IMG/VR virus record: IMGVR_UViG_3300018432_000006
Location: 1 to 56,772 of that record
From: a virus
Taxonomy: Duplodnaviria; Caudoviricetes
Length of the DNA stretch: 56,772 nucleotides
Direction: 5' to 3' (one strand)
The notes beneath the pieces were generated by a model. It ran no database searches. It was given only the letters and a program-made list of their open reading frames with translations, and was not told the origin of the DNA. A program made the position numbers and the translations under genes. Every line of letters begins with the position of its first letter. Position 1 is the first letter of the stretch. This document shows positions 26,010 to 35,361 of the stretch, in pieces.

Positions 26010-26351
26010 ATGGCCAAGATGCTCACCATCGACGAGTACCGCCGCCAGATCGCGAACGGCATGTCTGAAGAGACACTGCGCCTGAAGATCAAGGGCGTCG
26101 CGAAAGAGCTGGGGTGGATGAGCTACCACACCCACGACTCGCGCCGCTCTGACGCCGGCTGGCCCGACCTGGCGTTGGTCCACCCGATCCGCGGCCGGTT
26201 CCTGGTCCGAGAGCTGAAGGACGAGCGCCGCAAGGTCACGACCGAACAGGCCGATTGGCTGCACGCGCTGACCATGGCCGGCATCAACGCCGGCGTCTGG
26301 CGCCCCATGGACTTCGTCGACGAGACCGTACTGCGCGAGCTGCTGGCATGA
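26010..26351 (+). CDS. VRR-NUC endonuclease
   Basis: YHTHDSRRS.AGWPDL...ELK....T.EQ..W...VWRP. Confidence 0.9.
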   Translation: MAKMLTIDEYRRQIANGMSEETLRLKIKGVAKELGWMSYHTHDSRRSDAGWPDLALVHPIRGRFLVRELKDERRKVTTEQADWLHALTMAGINAGVWRPMDFVDETVLRELLA

Positions 26352-26707
26352 CCGACAGCCCCCGCATCAGCTTCCGTGTCCCACCAGAGACGAAGGCCCT
26401 TGCCACGGAGATCGCCGCCGCCAACGGGCTCACGCTCGCCGGCCTCGTGCGCGAGTTCCTGTACCGGTACGTCATTGCCGACGCCGCGCCCGTGCGGAAG
26501 CTGCCGAACACGCGCGGCGCCCGCACGGTCACCGTGTACGTCGGCGCCCAGCTCGCGCGCGCGGCGCGCCTGCACGCGGAGCGCAACAACGAAGACCTCT
26601 CCCGTCCGATCGTCGAGTTCCTGACCCGGACGGTTGAGCAATGGCAGGCAGAAACTGCCGAGAAACCCCACACCAGCACAGCAGCACAACCCACGGAGGA
26701 ATCATGA
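26348..26707 (+). CDS. Tandem ribbon-helix-helix DNA-binding protein
   Basis: ISFRVP..K......A...G.TL...VR, with a second VTVYV...A.....LS..I unit. Confidence 0.65.
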   Translation: MTDSPRISFRVPPETKALATEIAAANGLTLAGLVREFLYRYVIADAAPVRKLPNTRGARTVTVYVGAQLARAARLHAERNNEDLSRPIVEFLTRTVEQWQAETAEKPHTSTAAQPTEES

Positions 26708-27123
26708 AGAACACCCGCTACATCGTCGGCGCGGCCATCCTCGCGGCATTGCTCACCGGAGGCGCGGCCGGCTGCACCTCGGACGCTCAGACCGTCTCGG
26801 ACAACCTGTCGACCGCGGCCGACCAGTTCGAGGTTCAGCGCAAGATCGTCGGCATCAACGGCATCACCGACAAGCCCGCGTTCGTCGTCGAGGGCCGGTG
26901 CTCGATCGCCGACGAGGCCCGACAGTTGGAAGTCACGTGCAAGCACGGGGACGACGACTACCGCAAGCACTTCGTCGGGCTCAGCGACAACGTGTTCTAC
27001 GTGGCGACGCAGATGGGTCCCATGGACGCGAGCGAATACCACACGCGCATCATCATCAAGCCGGAGAGCATCATCCCGGACTTCGACCTGGAGACGTCAG
27101 CGGACATCGAGGGTGACCAGTGA
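26704..27123 (+). CDS. Conserved phage lipoprotein
   Basis: Lipobox AAGC; NLS..AD.FEV.R.I..INGITD, EGRCSI, GLSDNV. Confidence 0.8.
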   Translation: MKNTRYIVGAAILAALLTGGAAGCTSDAQTVSDNLSTAADQFEVQRKIVGINGITDKPAFVVEGRCSIADEARQLEVTCKHGDDDYRKHFVGLSDNVFYVATQMGPMDASEYHTRIIIKPESIIPDFDLETSADIEGDQ

Positions 27124-27698
27124 CGATGCCCGAACGCCTCATCGAGGACGTCGTGCGCCAGGCTGCCCTGTCCATCCTGGAGACCGGCCGCGAGATGGAC
27201 GAGTGGGACCAGGCGCCGTTCATGACGCTCGTCGCACGCAGGGGCGACGATCCCGTCTGCATTCCCGTGACCATCCCAGAATCCACGTGGCTCGAAGCGC
27301 ACCCCGCGGACGTACTCACCGGGCTCACGTTCGGTGTCTCGAAGGGTCTGCTGAAGTTCCAGCTAGGGGAGCCGATCAGCACGGCGGACGTCTGCGGCGT
27401 GATCCTCTTCACGGAGGGTCACGGCGTTGACAGCGACGAGCTGACGGAGGCCCAGAAGGTCACCCTCGACGACTTCCAGAAGCGGCACCGCCTGGAACAC
27501 CACCCGAAGGCGCGCGAACTGCGCATGGCGAACATCATCGACCGTTCGCTGACGCAGGCGATGATCCGCCACTTCCGGGGCAAGCCCGTCGACGACAAGG
27601 TCATCTACAACATCACCGGCCGCGTCCCGCTCACCCTCGAACGCTTCGTCACCGCTCTGTTCGCCTCATGGATGGGGGACGCAGCCAAGACCCCCTGA
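27120..27698 (+). CDS. Hypothetical protein
   Basis: Coupled ORF. Confidence 0.7.
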   Translation: MTMPERLIEDVVRQAALSILETGREMDEWDQAPFMTLVARRGDDPVCIPVTIPESTWLEAHPADVLTGLTFGVSKGLLKFQLGEPISTADVCGVILFTEGHGVDSDELTEAQKVTLDDFQKRHRLEHHPKARELRMANIIDRSLTQAMIRHFRGKPVDDKVIYNITGRVPLTLERFVTALFASWMGDAAKTP

Positions 27699-27804
27699 CA
27701 TACCCATCCGGGGTATGGGGTGGTCAATTCGGCCACCTGGCGTGATAATGGGACCGACCAGACACACCGACCGACGAAAGCGACGGAGCCCGGAGGTGAT
27801 CCTT

Positions 27805-28119
27805 ATGAGCCAGGCAACAACCATCCAGACCAACCAGCCCTGCCCGCACGGAGAGCGCACCGACCGCACCACGTCTCTCGGTGAGCCGATCTGCGCGCTC
27901 TGCCGCGTCGAGGCCGCACGTCTGCGCGACCGCCCCGACCCCACCCCGGACTGGCAGATGCTCCGGGCAGCCGACGACACCTTCACCAGCTCTGACCGCG
28001 ACCCGCGCGTCAGCCTGGCCGACGGGTTCGCCGCTTCCGACGCCGAGATCCTGGCAACCCTGTTCTCGGACGACCCGCGCGGCCGGCGCCTCCGCGACCA
28101 GGTCCGCGCCTCCCTGTAA
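27805..28119 (+). CDS. Hypothetical protein with CPHG...CALC
   Basis: GGAGGT RBS; upstream GATAAT. Confidence 0.65.
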   Translation: MSQATTIQTNQPCPHGERTDRTTSLGEPICALCRVEAARLRDRPDPTPDWQMLRAADDTFTSSDRDPRVSLADGFAASDAEILATLFSDDPRGRRLRDQVRASL

Positions 28120-28190
28120 CGTCAACCCCGCGCCCCCCTGGTACCCACTCCCAGGGGGGCGCAGTCATGCCCCAACCAGAGAGGAACCCC

Positions 28191-28766
28191 ATGCGGCTCA
28201 CCATCGATCTCGACACCGCCCAGCTCACCGCCGAAGACAGGCGCGTACTCATGGCGCTCGCCGGCCACGACGCCGGCGAGCTGCGTATCACCATGCTCGA
28301 CGAACCGACGCGCGAGCGGATCAGGACCGGCACCAACCCCGGCGAGGTGCCCCGGTTCGACGGACCGGACGTTCAGAAGCAAGGCATCCCGCCGTCGCCC
28401 CCGCTGCCCGTTCCGGCACCGGCGGACTTCGCTGCCAGGCTGGGGGAGGCAGTGCAGCAGTTCGGCCCGCGGGGGAGCGGACCAGAGGCGCGCCTGCCGT
28501 TCGCGCAGCAGGCCGGCGTGCGCACCAGCTCGACGATGCCCGACTACGACGAGCCCGCGGAAGTTGTCGACACTGACGACATCGTCGACGAGCCGTCGGA
28601 AGTCGTCGACGTCGACGGCCCGCAGGTCATCCGGGCTCGTGGCAGGGTGTCCGTACCGCGCGAGCTGGTCGAGGAAGACACCCACGTGCCCCACCTGGAA
28701 GACAGCGTTCGTTCGGCCATCCTGGGCGTCGTCGAGCAGCCGCCCGTACGCCATACCAGCCCCTGA
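28191..28766 (+). CDS. Hypothetical acidic/Pro-rich protein
   Basis: GAGGA RBS. Confidence 0.6.
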   Translation: MRLTIDLDTAQLTAEDRRVLMALAGHDAGELRITMLDEPTRERIRTGTNPGEVPRFDGPDVQKQGIPPSPPLPVPAPADFAARLGEAVQQFGPRGSGPEARLPFAQQAGVRTSSTMPDYDEPAEVVDTDDIVDEPSEVVDVDGPQVIRARGRVSVPRELVEEDTHVPHLEDSVRSAILGVVEQPPVRHTSP

Positions 28767-28772
28767 ACGCCA

Positions 28773-28805
28773 GAGAGCCCCCCGCAGGTGTAGCGGGGGG
28801 CTCTC
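28773..28805. terminator. Hairpin between convergent genes
   Basis: GAGAGCCCCCCGC / GCGGGGGGCTCTC. Confidence 0.7.
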
Positions 28806-28842
28806 CGGATGGATCGTGCGGTGCCGGTGTAGGCGGGACCGA

Positions 28843-29247
28843 TCATACAGGGATCATGGACCACACCTGGTTGATCGCGGTGGGGAACCAGGACGTCACC
28901 AGCGGCGTCGAGCCGACGACGAACGAGCAGATCACCATGCCCCACTTCTCGCCGTTGCTGACGTGCCCGTCGTGCAGCCACCACGCGAGCAGCCCGACGC
29001 AGATGACGATGACGGCGCCGGAGTACACGCCACCCGTCTCGATGGACTGGTTGAAGAAGAACTGCGACACCAGGTTAGCGAGCCAGTTGATCAGCCCCGG
29101 CAGTAGCCCGCTGATGATGGGCGCCGTCCCGATGATGAACGAGCACGCGACCAGCGCGAAGGCCCACATGCCGCTGGTGCGCCTCTTCTTGATCATCATG
29201 ACGAAGAACACGAGAGCGGCTAGGCCGGCCCCTGCGCTGTAGATCAC
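28843..29247 (-). CDS. Four-TM membrane protein
   Basis: AAGGGGA RBS; hydrophobic, internal duplication (CSFIIGTAP / CSFVVGSTP). Confidence 0.7.
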   Translation of the reverse strand: MIYSAGAGLAALVFFVMMIKKRRTSGMWAFALVACSFIIGTAPIISGLLPGLINWLANLVSQFFFNQSIETGGVYSGAVIVICVGLLAWWLHDGHVSNGEKWGMVICSFVVGSTPLVTSWFPTAINQVWSMIPV

Positions 29248-29432
29248 GGTTGCATCCCCTTATCTGGTCCGGTCTCGGCTCCGGACGACTGATCCCCCAT
29301 GTTGACATATGCACCCTCACCGGCGCAAACATGTTCGGCAATGTTCTCGTCACGTCGAACCGTGAAGATCCACGCCACAGCCCCCACGCGCGCCTACGAT
29401 GCAAACACATCGACCCGGACACAGGGGGACCA

Positions 29433-30329
29433 ATGCCGTACCGCGCCGACGCACCGGACGTCGTTCTGCCATGCCGACCCGGCGACAACCGCGAGCTTCG
29501 CTACGCGCTGCGGTCCATCGAGAGGAACCTGCCCTATCACCACATCTGGATCGTCGGATCCTGGCCGGCATGGCTGCGGCTCGACCACCCCCGCCTGACC
29601 GCCGTGAAGCGCCCCACCCTGACGCCGAAGTACCGCACCACCCGCGCGCACTACCGATGGGCGTGCGAGAGCGTCGAGGTGTCCGACCCGTGGATCATGT
29701 GGAACGACGACTTCTACCTGATGCACCCGCTCGACGAGCTGCCCCCGATCCACCGCGGCCGGAACGACCAGGTGATCCCGATGTTCGCCGCCTGGCACAG
29801 CAAGTGGGCCGAAGGGCTCCGCCAGACCGACGCGAAGCTGAAGCGCCTGATGCCCGGGACGGTGCTGTACAACTACGACATCCACACCCCGTTGCTCGTG
29901 CACAAGCGGCACATGCGCCGCGCGCTGACCGTCGCGGAGGCCATGCGCATCGCCGCGCCCCAGGTCCGCACCCTCTACGGGAACTTCGCCCGTCTGGGCG
30001 GGACACAGCTCCGTGACCCGAAGTACTACGCCGCGAACACCGTGCCAGCACGCACCACGTGGCTGTCGTCGCACGAAAACACGTTCGTCTCCGCCATCGA
30101 GCCCTACCTACGAAAGGCCGGCCTGACCGGGCACAGCCCGTGGGAGATCCCCGGGGTGCCGGATCACGCGCGCACGCAGAACCCGAAGGCGAGCGACGCG
30201 CGCTACAGCATGAGCAAGCGCCGCATGCGGTACCGCGTGCTGAAGACCCCCAACGGCAACCGCATCGTCCCCGAACAGCCGGCGCCGGCACCAGCTCGCG
30301 TCACCAACACCGCAGGAAGGCGCCGATGA
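29433..30329 (+). CDS. Stealth-like (CR2) sugar-1-phosphate transferase / glycosyltransferase
   Basis: DVV..., DNRELRYALRSIE.N.P...IWIV...P.WL...HP and IMWNDDFY motifs. Confidence 0.72.
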   Translation: MPYRADAPDVVLPCRPGDNRELRYALRSIERNLPYHHIWIVGSWPAWLRLDHPRLTAVKRPTLTPKYRTTRAHYRWACESVEVSDPWIMWNDDFYLMHPLDELPPIHRGRNDQVIPMFAAWHSKWAEGLRQTDAKLKRLMPGTVLYNYDIHTPLLVHKRHMRRALTVAEAMRIAAPQVRTLYGNFARLGGTQLRDPKYYAANTVPARTTWLSSHENTFVSAIEPYLRKAGLTGHSPWEIPGVPDHARTQNPKASDARYSMSKRRMRYRVLKTPNGNRIVPEQPAPAPARVTNTAGRRR

Positions 30330-30760
30330 CCACCCTCGACCGGCTGCAACGGCTGATCACCAGCCCATGGTTCAACCGCACGCTCGACGCGCTCGCCGTC
30401 GCGGTGCTCATCGTCGTCGTCGTCTGGGACGTCATCGGCCCCGGCGCCAGCGGCCTCGCGACGTGGACACTGCTCAACGGCGTAGCGGCGTTCCGGCTCT
30501 GGCGGCTCGCCGCCGTCGACAGCATCACGGAGCCCTTCCACGGCCGGCTACGCGCGTCGACGCACCCCGTGGCGCAGTGGTTCGACACGCTCGTGTCGTG
30601 CCCCTGGTGCCTGGGGTTCTGGATAGCCACCGCCCTCACGTGGGGCGTGTGGTGGCTCACGGACGCATACAGCACCGTCGACGCGTTGATCATGATGTGG
30701 GCCGCGAGCGCGGTCACCGGACTCGTAGCAAGCGCAGACGAGCGGCTACACCGCTGGTGA
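30326..30760 (+). CDS. DUF1360-like membrane protein with CPWC
   Basis: AFRLWRL...DSITEPF, LVSCPWC.GFW.A. Confidence 0.8.
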   Translation: MTTLDRLQRLITSPWFNRTLDALAVAVLIVVVVWDVIGPGASGLATWTLLNGVAAFRLWRLAAVDSITEPFHGRLRASTHPVAQWFDTLVSCPWCLGFWIATALTWGVWWLTDAYSTVDALIMMWAASAVTGLVASADERLHRW

Positions 30761-30778
30761 CAAATGGGGTGAATCCGA

Positions 30779-31210
30779 ATGGCTGATGGCGACCCGCTCG
30801 ACGAGCTGCCCGACCCTGCCGACCACCAGTGCCTGCACATCACCGACGGCGGGCAGCACGCGCGCGCCCAGTGCACGAACGTCGCCACCGTGGGGAACTA
30901 CTGCGGCCGGCACGTCGAGCACCCACAGCGCCGCATCGAGCACGCCACCGTGAGCCTCTTCGACTACGTGCAGGCCGCCATGCGAGCCCTAGGCGAGATC
31001 GTCAGCAACGAGGAAGAGAAAGCGGCTGACCGCGTCCGTGCGGCCAACAGCATCCTCGACCGCACCGGGCACGTCCCCGGACAGGCAATCACCCTGCAAG
31101 GCGCCAACGCGAACCTCGACGAAAAGCTGAACGCCATCCTGGCGGAGCGCGCCACAGCGAAGCGGGACGACGACGATGACGACACTGACGCCGGCGCCCC
31201 CGCAGACTGA
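30779..31210 (+). CDS. Terminase small subunit (probable)
   Basis: Directly upstream of terL; C..H Zn motif and DRVRAA.SILDRTG helix. Confidence 0.65.
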   Translation: MADGDPLDELPDPADHQCLHITDGGQHARAQCTNVATVGNYCGRHVEHPQRRIEHATVSLFDYVQAAMRALGEIVSNEEEKAADRVRAANSILDRTGHVPGQAITLQGANANLDEKLNAILAERATAKRDDDDDDTDAGAPAD

Positions 31211-32690
31211 CGTCCTCTGCGGGCTCACCGACGACGAGGTGCGCCGGCTCTACGCCGACTCCGCGCCCATGGAACGCGTCGCGCTCGTCAAGCGCCTGGA
31301 AGCATGCCGGCAGGCAGCCATGGGCCTCGGAGATCTCGCGCGCGACGTCGTCGGGCGCACGTACATCGAGCGCCCCCACACCGATGCCCTGATGGCCGCA
31401 CTAGGCCGCGCCGTCGAGCGTGCTGACCAGGGCCTCGACACCAACATCATCATCAGCATGCCCCCGGGCTCCGGAAAGTCGCAGATCGCGTCCGTCATCT
31501 TTCCGCTGTGGCTGACCCTGAACCGCCCGACCTGGGAAATCGGCCTCATCTCGGCGGAAGCATCCCTGGCGGAAAAGTTCAGCAATGACGTCAAGATGCA
31601 GTACGACCAGCGTGGCTCGACGAAGAGCATCGGCGGCGTCAAGGCGTGGTCGGTCGGCGGGAAGGGCGGAATCCTCGCGCGCGGCCTGACCGGCAACGTG
31701 TCCGGCCGGCGCCTGCGCGTCGCGATCATCGACGACCCGATCAAGCACATGTCGGACGCATACAGCAAGACGATGCGCGACAAGGTGTGGTCGATGTGGC
31801 AGTCAGCCATCAAGCCCCGCATGCGGCCCGGGAGCATCGTCCTCTCGATCGCCACCAGGTGGCACGAAGACGACCTGAACGGCCGGCTGCTGTCCGGGAA
31901 GGACGAAGACGAGTGGCGCACCATCGTCTTCCCCGCGATCGCGGAGGCTGGTGACGCGCTAGGCCGCGAGGTCGGTGAGCCGCTGCTGTCCGTGCAGGCG
32001 CACGAGACCACTGAACAGGCCCTGGCCCGCTGGGCGAAGACGAAACGCAGCGTCGGCACCGCGGTGTTCAACGCGCTCTACCAGCAGCACCCCGGCGATC
32101 TCGACGGCACGATCTTCAAGCTCGCCTGGTGGGCGTACTACACGCCTGGCACGCTCCCGGAGGCTGACCAGATCCTCACGAGCTGGGACCTGACGTTCGG
32201 CACCGGCGGCGAAGAAACGGGGGACTGGTGCGTCGGAACCGCCTGGCAACGCACCGGCAACCGGTACTTCCTGCTCGACATGATCCGCTTCCGTGGCCCG
32301 TTCACCGTGCAGCTCGACCGGATGACGTCGTTCATCGGGCGCTTCCCGAACGCGACGGCGCACCTGGTCGAGGAAGCGGCCAACGGCGCCGCTGCGATCT
32401 CGACGCTACGCCGCACCCTCGACGGCATCGTTGCCGTGCCCGTGCGGGCCGCGAACGGGTCGAAGATCGTGCGTGCGCAGTCGGTGGCCCCGCTCGTCGA
32501 GGCGAGGCAGGTCGAGCTGCCAGAGGGCCGCGGGTTCGTCGACGACTTCGTCACGGAGCTGTCAGCGTTCCCCACGGGGGAGCACGACGACATTGTTGAC
32601 TCGACGTCGCAGGCCCTGACCCGGATGCGAGAGTCCGACGTCGGCCCCATCGACGTATGGACGGAGCGCCCGCGGCTGGGCGGCTGGTGA
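31176..32690 (+). CDS. terL: Terminase large subunit
   Basis: MPPGSGKS Walker A, IIDDP Walker B, TRWHEDDL, SWD nuclease motif, HDDIVDS. Confidence 0.96.
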   Translation: MTTLTPAPPQTDVLCGLTDDEVRRLYADSAPMERVALVKRLEACRQAAMGLGDLARDVVGRTYIERPHTDALMAALGRAVERADQGLDTNIIISMPPGSGKSQIASVIFPLWLTLNRPTWEIGLISAEASLAEKFSNDVKMQYDQRGSTKSIGGVKAWSVGGKGGILARGLTGNVSGRRLRVAIIDDPIKHMSDAYSKTMRDKVWSMWQSAIKPRMRPGSIVLSIATRWHEDDLNGRLLSGKDEDEWRTIVFPAIAEAGDALGREVGEPLLSVQAHETTEQALARWAKTKRSVGTAVFNALYQQHPGDLDGTIFKLAWWAYYTPGTLPEADQILTSWDLTFGTGGEETGDWCVGTAWQRTGNRYFLLDMIRFRGPFTVQLDRMTSFIGRFPNATAHLVEEAANGAAAISTLRRTLDGIVAVPVRAANGSKIVRAQSVAPLVEARQVELPEGRGFVDDFVTELSAFPTGEHDDIVDSTSQALTRMRESDVGPIDVWTERPRLGGW

Positions 32691-32772
32691 GCCGGTTAAA
32701 TTCGGGGCCTGGACTATTCGCGTTCTATTCCGCCGCAGGTCAGGCGGTGAATTCGGCGGAATATAAGCACCC

Positions 32773-33003
32773 CTAGTCTTCGGGGTTCGGCACGCCGAAG
32801 AGTTCCTTGTGCAGGTTCTGGCAGTAGCCCCACACGTCGAACGTGGCCGCGTCCGCGCCGGCCTCTTTCGTCACGAGCCGGTGGCACCGCGTCAGGTCAC
32901 CATCGGTGCCCCACTTGATGCGCGCGCCGCCGGCGCCCGTCTTCCAGTAGTTCTTCAGGCGCTCCGTCGAGAGCGTTGCCGCTGTCCGTGGGTCATCAGC
33001 CAT
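32773..33003 (-). CDS. Stand-alone head-associated Cys/His domain
   Basis: YW..G.G.A.I.WGT.GD.TRC...GYC.NLH motif, recalled from cluster-B-like head proteins. Confidence 0.7.
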   Translation of the reverse strand: MADDPRTAATLSTERLKNYWKTGAGGARIKWGTDGDLTRCHRLVTKEAGADAATFDVWGYCQNLHKELFGVPNPED

Positions 33004-33122
33004 GGGGAGATCGTAGGCACCCTGATAGCGTCGCCGTAGAGGTTCCGCACGGAAGACACGTCGTTGATCGTCCGCGCGGACGCTGGGGCGGGCCAGCCCC
33101 GGGCCGTCTCATCACGGGGCAA

Positions 33123-33160
33123 ACGAGAGCCCCTACCGCCTGAACGGTAGGGGCTCTCGT
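33123..33160 (-). terminator. Intrinsic terminator of the leftward operon
   Basis: ACGAGAGCCCCTACCG / CGGTAGGGGCTCTCGT with short T run. Confidence 0.75.
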
Positions 33161-33369
33161 CACGCCTGTAGGCGCTGTCTCAGAGCTGACTGCGTGAACG
33201 CGACCCGGGCTTGGTCCCGGACGATCAGCCCATCAGCCTCGTGACGCGCCCACGATGCGCCGTTCAGCCACCACTGCACACCGTCGCCCAGAGTGACCCG
33301 GTCGCCGTCTCGCGACGCCAGGCCACCGTGCGCCAGCTCTTCGGCGCGCTCGCGCTCCGCGGCCGTCAT
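33160..33369 (-). CDS. Hypothetical protein
   Basis: Coupled ORF. Confidence 0.55.
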   Translation of the reverse strand: MTAAERERAEELAHGGLASRDGDRVTLGDGVQWWLNGASWARHEADGLIVRDQARVAFTQSALRQRLQA

Positions 33370-33737
33370 CGCTGCACCCTGTCCACGTCGAGCGTGCCGC
33401 GCGCGGCTGCCCACCCGGCGAGGAAACCGGCGTGCTCGCGCTCGCGCACCGTCCGGTCGGCGTGCACGCCGTACGCGCTGCGGTAGTTCGACCACGCACA
33501 CGCCGCCTGGATGTCGTCTTCGGTCCGGACCTTGAACGTGATCGGTGCCCGGTTTGCCTGGAAGAACGGCAGGCCCGTCAGGTTCTCGACAACGAGCGAC
33601 AGGTCATGGTGGCGGTGCTCATCGAGCCACGTGGACCAGCTCTCGGCGTCGACCAGCTCGACGCCGTCGACGGCGTGCCGTAGGTCCGGGCCGCCGTCGT
33701 CGTCGGTGTTGCACCAGAGCGTGAACCGCGCGGTCAT
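33366..33737 (-). CDS. Hypothetical protein
   Basis: Coupled ORF. Confidence 0.65.
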   Translation of the reverse strand: MTARFTLWCNTDDDGGPDLRHAVDGVELVDAESWSTWLDEHRHHDLSLVVENLTGLPFFQANRAPITFKVRTEDDIQAACAWSNYRSAYGVHADRTVREREHAGFLAGWAAARGTLDVDRVQR

Positions 33738-33988
33738 GAGTGCATCGCGTAGTAGGTGTAGCCCCGCTCTGCCTCCGGGATGTTCTCGTCGTCTTCGGGG
33801 ACGTCGACGCGCGTGAACGACGCCGAGTCCGGGTCAACCCCGTACTCGTTGGGCATGAACTCTTCGATGGCGCGCCGGTAGACACCGTCCATCTCCGGGT
33901 GCTCGATGACGGGTGCCGTCAGGGTGCGAACCCGGACGATGTAGTAGTTCCCCTCGATGTCGTACCAACCGACAATCGTGAACGTCAT
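33734..33988 (-). CDS. Acidic hypothetical protein
   Basis: MTFTIVGW; coupled. Confidence 0.65.
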   Translation of the reverse strand: MTFTIVGWYDIEGNYYIVRVRTLTAPVIEHPEMDGVYRRAIEEFMPNEYGVDPDSASFTRVDVPEDDENIPEAERGYTYYAMHS

Positions 33989-34209
33989 CGCGTCTCTCTT
34001 TCCGTAGGGGGCACCCATCCGTGGGTGCCGCACGTGTCGCACATCGGGTTGCGCCACCCGGTGTTCAGTCGCCGCATCGCGACGGTCGAGGCGTCGACGT
34101 AACCATGGGGCAGCGGGTGGTCGTGCACGGCGTTGGGGCAGTCGGTGCTGCGAGCGCCAGGCGTCTCGTCTCCGCCGCAGATGTAGATGGCTGGTACGGT
34201 CCTAGACAT
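33985..34209 (-). CDS. Small Cys/His protein
   Basis: CPN...H.P.P.GY...CDTC. Confidence 0.65.
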   Translation of the reverse strand: MSRTVPAIYICGGDETPGARSTDCPNAVHDHPLPHGYVDASTVAMRRLNTGWRNPMCDTCGTHGWVPPTERETR

Positions 34210-34255
34210 TCGTCCCCGTTTCGCCGTTAATCGCCGTTATGTCAGAAGTAGCGGA

Positions 34256-34396
34256 TCACGGCGTGCGCTCGTGCTTGCGCTCGTGCCGACCGCGCAGGTG
34301 CCATCCCAACCATGCCGCCGGTATGCCGAACCGCAGCCAGTCCCCCACCAGCTCGAACGTGACGCGCCAGAACTCATCCCACGCTTCGGGGCTCAT
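34256..34396 (-). CDS. Small membrane protein
   Basis: Coupled ORF. Confidence 0.5.
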   Translation of the reverse strand: MSPEAWDEFWRVTFELVGDWLRFGIPAAWLGWHLRGRHERKHERTP

Positions 34397-34566
34397 GGCC
34401 ACCCCACGCCCAGCACGAACACGACGTACAGCATGCCCACCAGGATCCGCGCGAGGTAGATGGTGGCGGCGATGCACCCGGCGAACCAGATGACGTTCCA
34501 TCCCCACCAGAGCAGCACCGCGACGGGGCCATTGCCGGCCGGTGACCACTTGCGGCGGCGCTTCAC
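34393..34566 (-). CDS. Small membrane protein
   Basis: Basic N-terminus then TM segments. Confidence 0.55.
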   Translation of the reverse strand: MKRRRKWSPAGNGPVAVLLWWGWNVIWFAGCIAATIYLARILVGMLYVVFVLGVGWP

Positions 34567-34751
34567 TGCGCGGCGACCCACACCAGTTCTTTCGCGTCGG
34601 TGGTCGCGACCCGCGTGAACCAGACGAGTTCCGTGGCCGCAGCCCGGACGCCGTCGAACACGTCGGCGCCGTATCCGGCCGTCACGGCGCCGATGAAGGC
34701 ACACGAGGCCGCGACGAGCAGCCAGTTGCCGATCTTGCGGTGGTGGTCCAT
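34563..34751 (-). CDS. Small membrane/secreted protein
   Basis: GGAAGG RBS; TM segment. Confidence 0.55.
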   Translation of the reverse strand: MDHHRKIGNWLLVAASCAFIGAVTAGYGADVFDGVRAAATELVWFTRVATTDAKELVWVAAQ

Positions 34752-34786
34752 GGCGGGGTGCCTTCCAGGTCGGGTCGCGTGGGTGG

Positions 34787-34933
34787 TCAGCGTCGCGCCG
34801 TGGTCAGGTGCGCGTGACGCTGCGGGTCATAGTGCGTGCCGCATGGCTCGTACAGCGCCCAGCGTACGAAGGCGCCGGCGTCGGTGCGCACGGCCTCGAA
34901 CTCGCAGTCCGGGCAGGGTGGTTCGGTCGGCAT
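34787..34933 (-). CDS. 48-aa Zn-finger protein (not in ORF track)
   Basis: GGAGG RBS; CPDC...CGTH. Confidence 0.6.
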   Translation of the reverse strand: MPTEPPCPDCEFEAVRTDAGAFVRWALYEPCGTHYDPQRHAHLTTARR

Positions 34934-35056
34934 GGTTCCTCCGTGTCGCGTGTCGGTGGTCCACGGTAAGGTTCAGCCCCGTCGTTGCGCAAGGGGGGTG
35001 CATTCGCGCCCGTAAGGTTTTGCTTCGTCGCAGGTTGATATGCGACCATGGCGACC

Positions 35057-35263
35057 ATGGAACCGAACAAGGGACACCGCGAGACGGTTACCGCCGCAGC
35101 CGAAGAGCTGGCGGAGCATACGAAGACCCGAAAGGCACTGATCGAGGCACGCAACACCGCCATCAAGGCAGCGAGCGCCGACGAGATCCCCGACCGGGCC
35201 ATCTCCCGGTGGACCGGCCTCTCACCGGCGCAGGTCCGACGCATCACCCACGGAACGAAGTAG
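35057..35263 (+). CDS. Small HTH protein upstream of the translocase (alternative start 35048)
   Basis: RNTAI..A.....DRAISRWTGLS.AQVRRI. Confidence 0.7.
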   Translation: MEPNKGHRETVTAAAEELAEHTKTRKALIEARNTAIKAASADEIPDRAISRWTGLSPAQVRRITHGTK

Positions 35264-35361
35264 GCCACGTCCCCCATGCCGACACGGGGGACGCAGCCAA
35301 TGCCCCACGCGACACGTGCAGGCGGTACAAACCTACCGTCTGCCTCCCCAGAGAGGCGGAT

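Noticed and set aside
34600-35361. 961-aa version of the FtsK ORF
   Set aside because: The upstream extension overlaps better genes (34787-34933 minus, 35057-35263 plus) and is Arg-rich noise; a clear RBS precedes 35362
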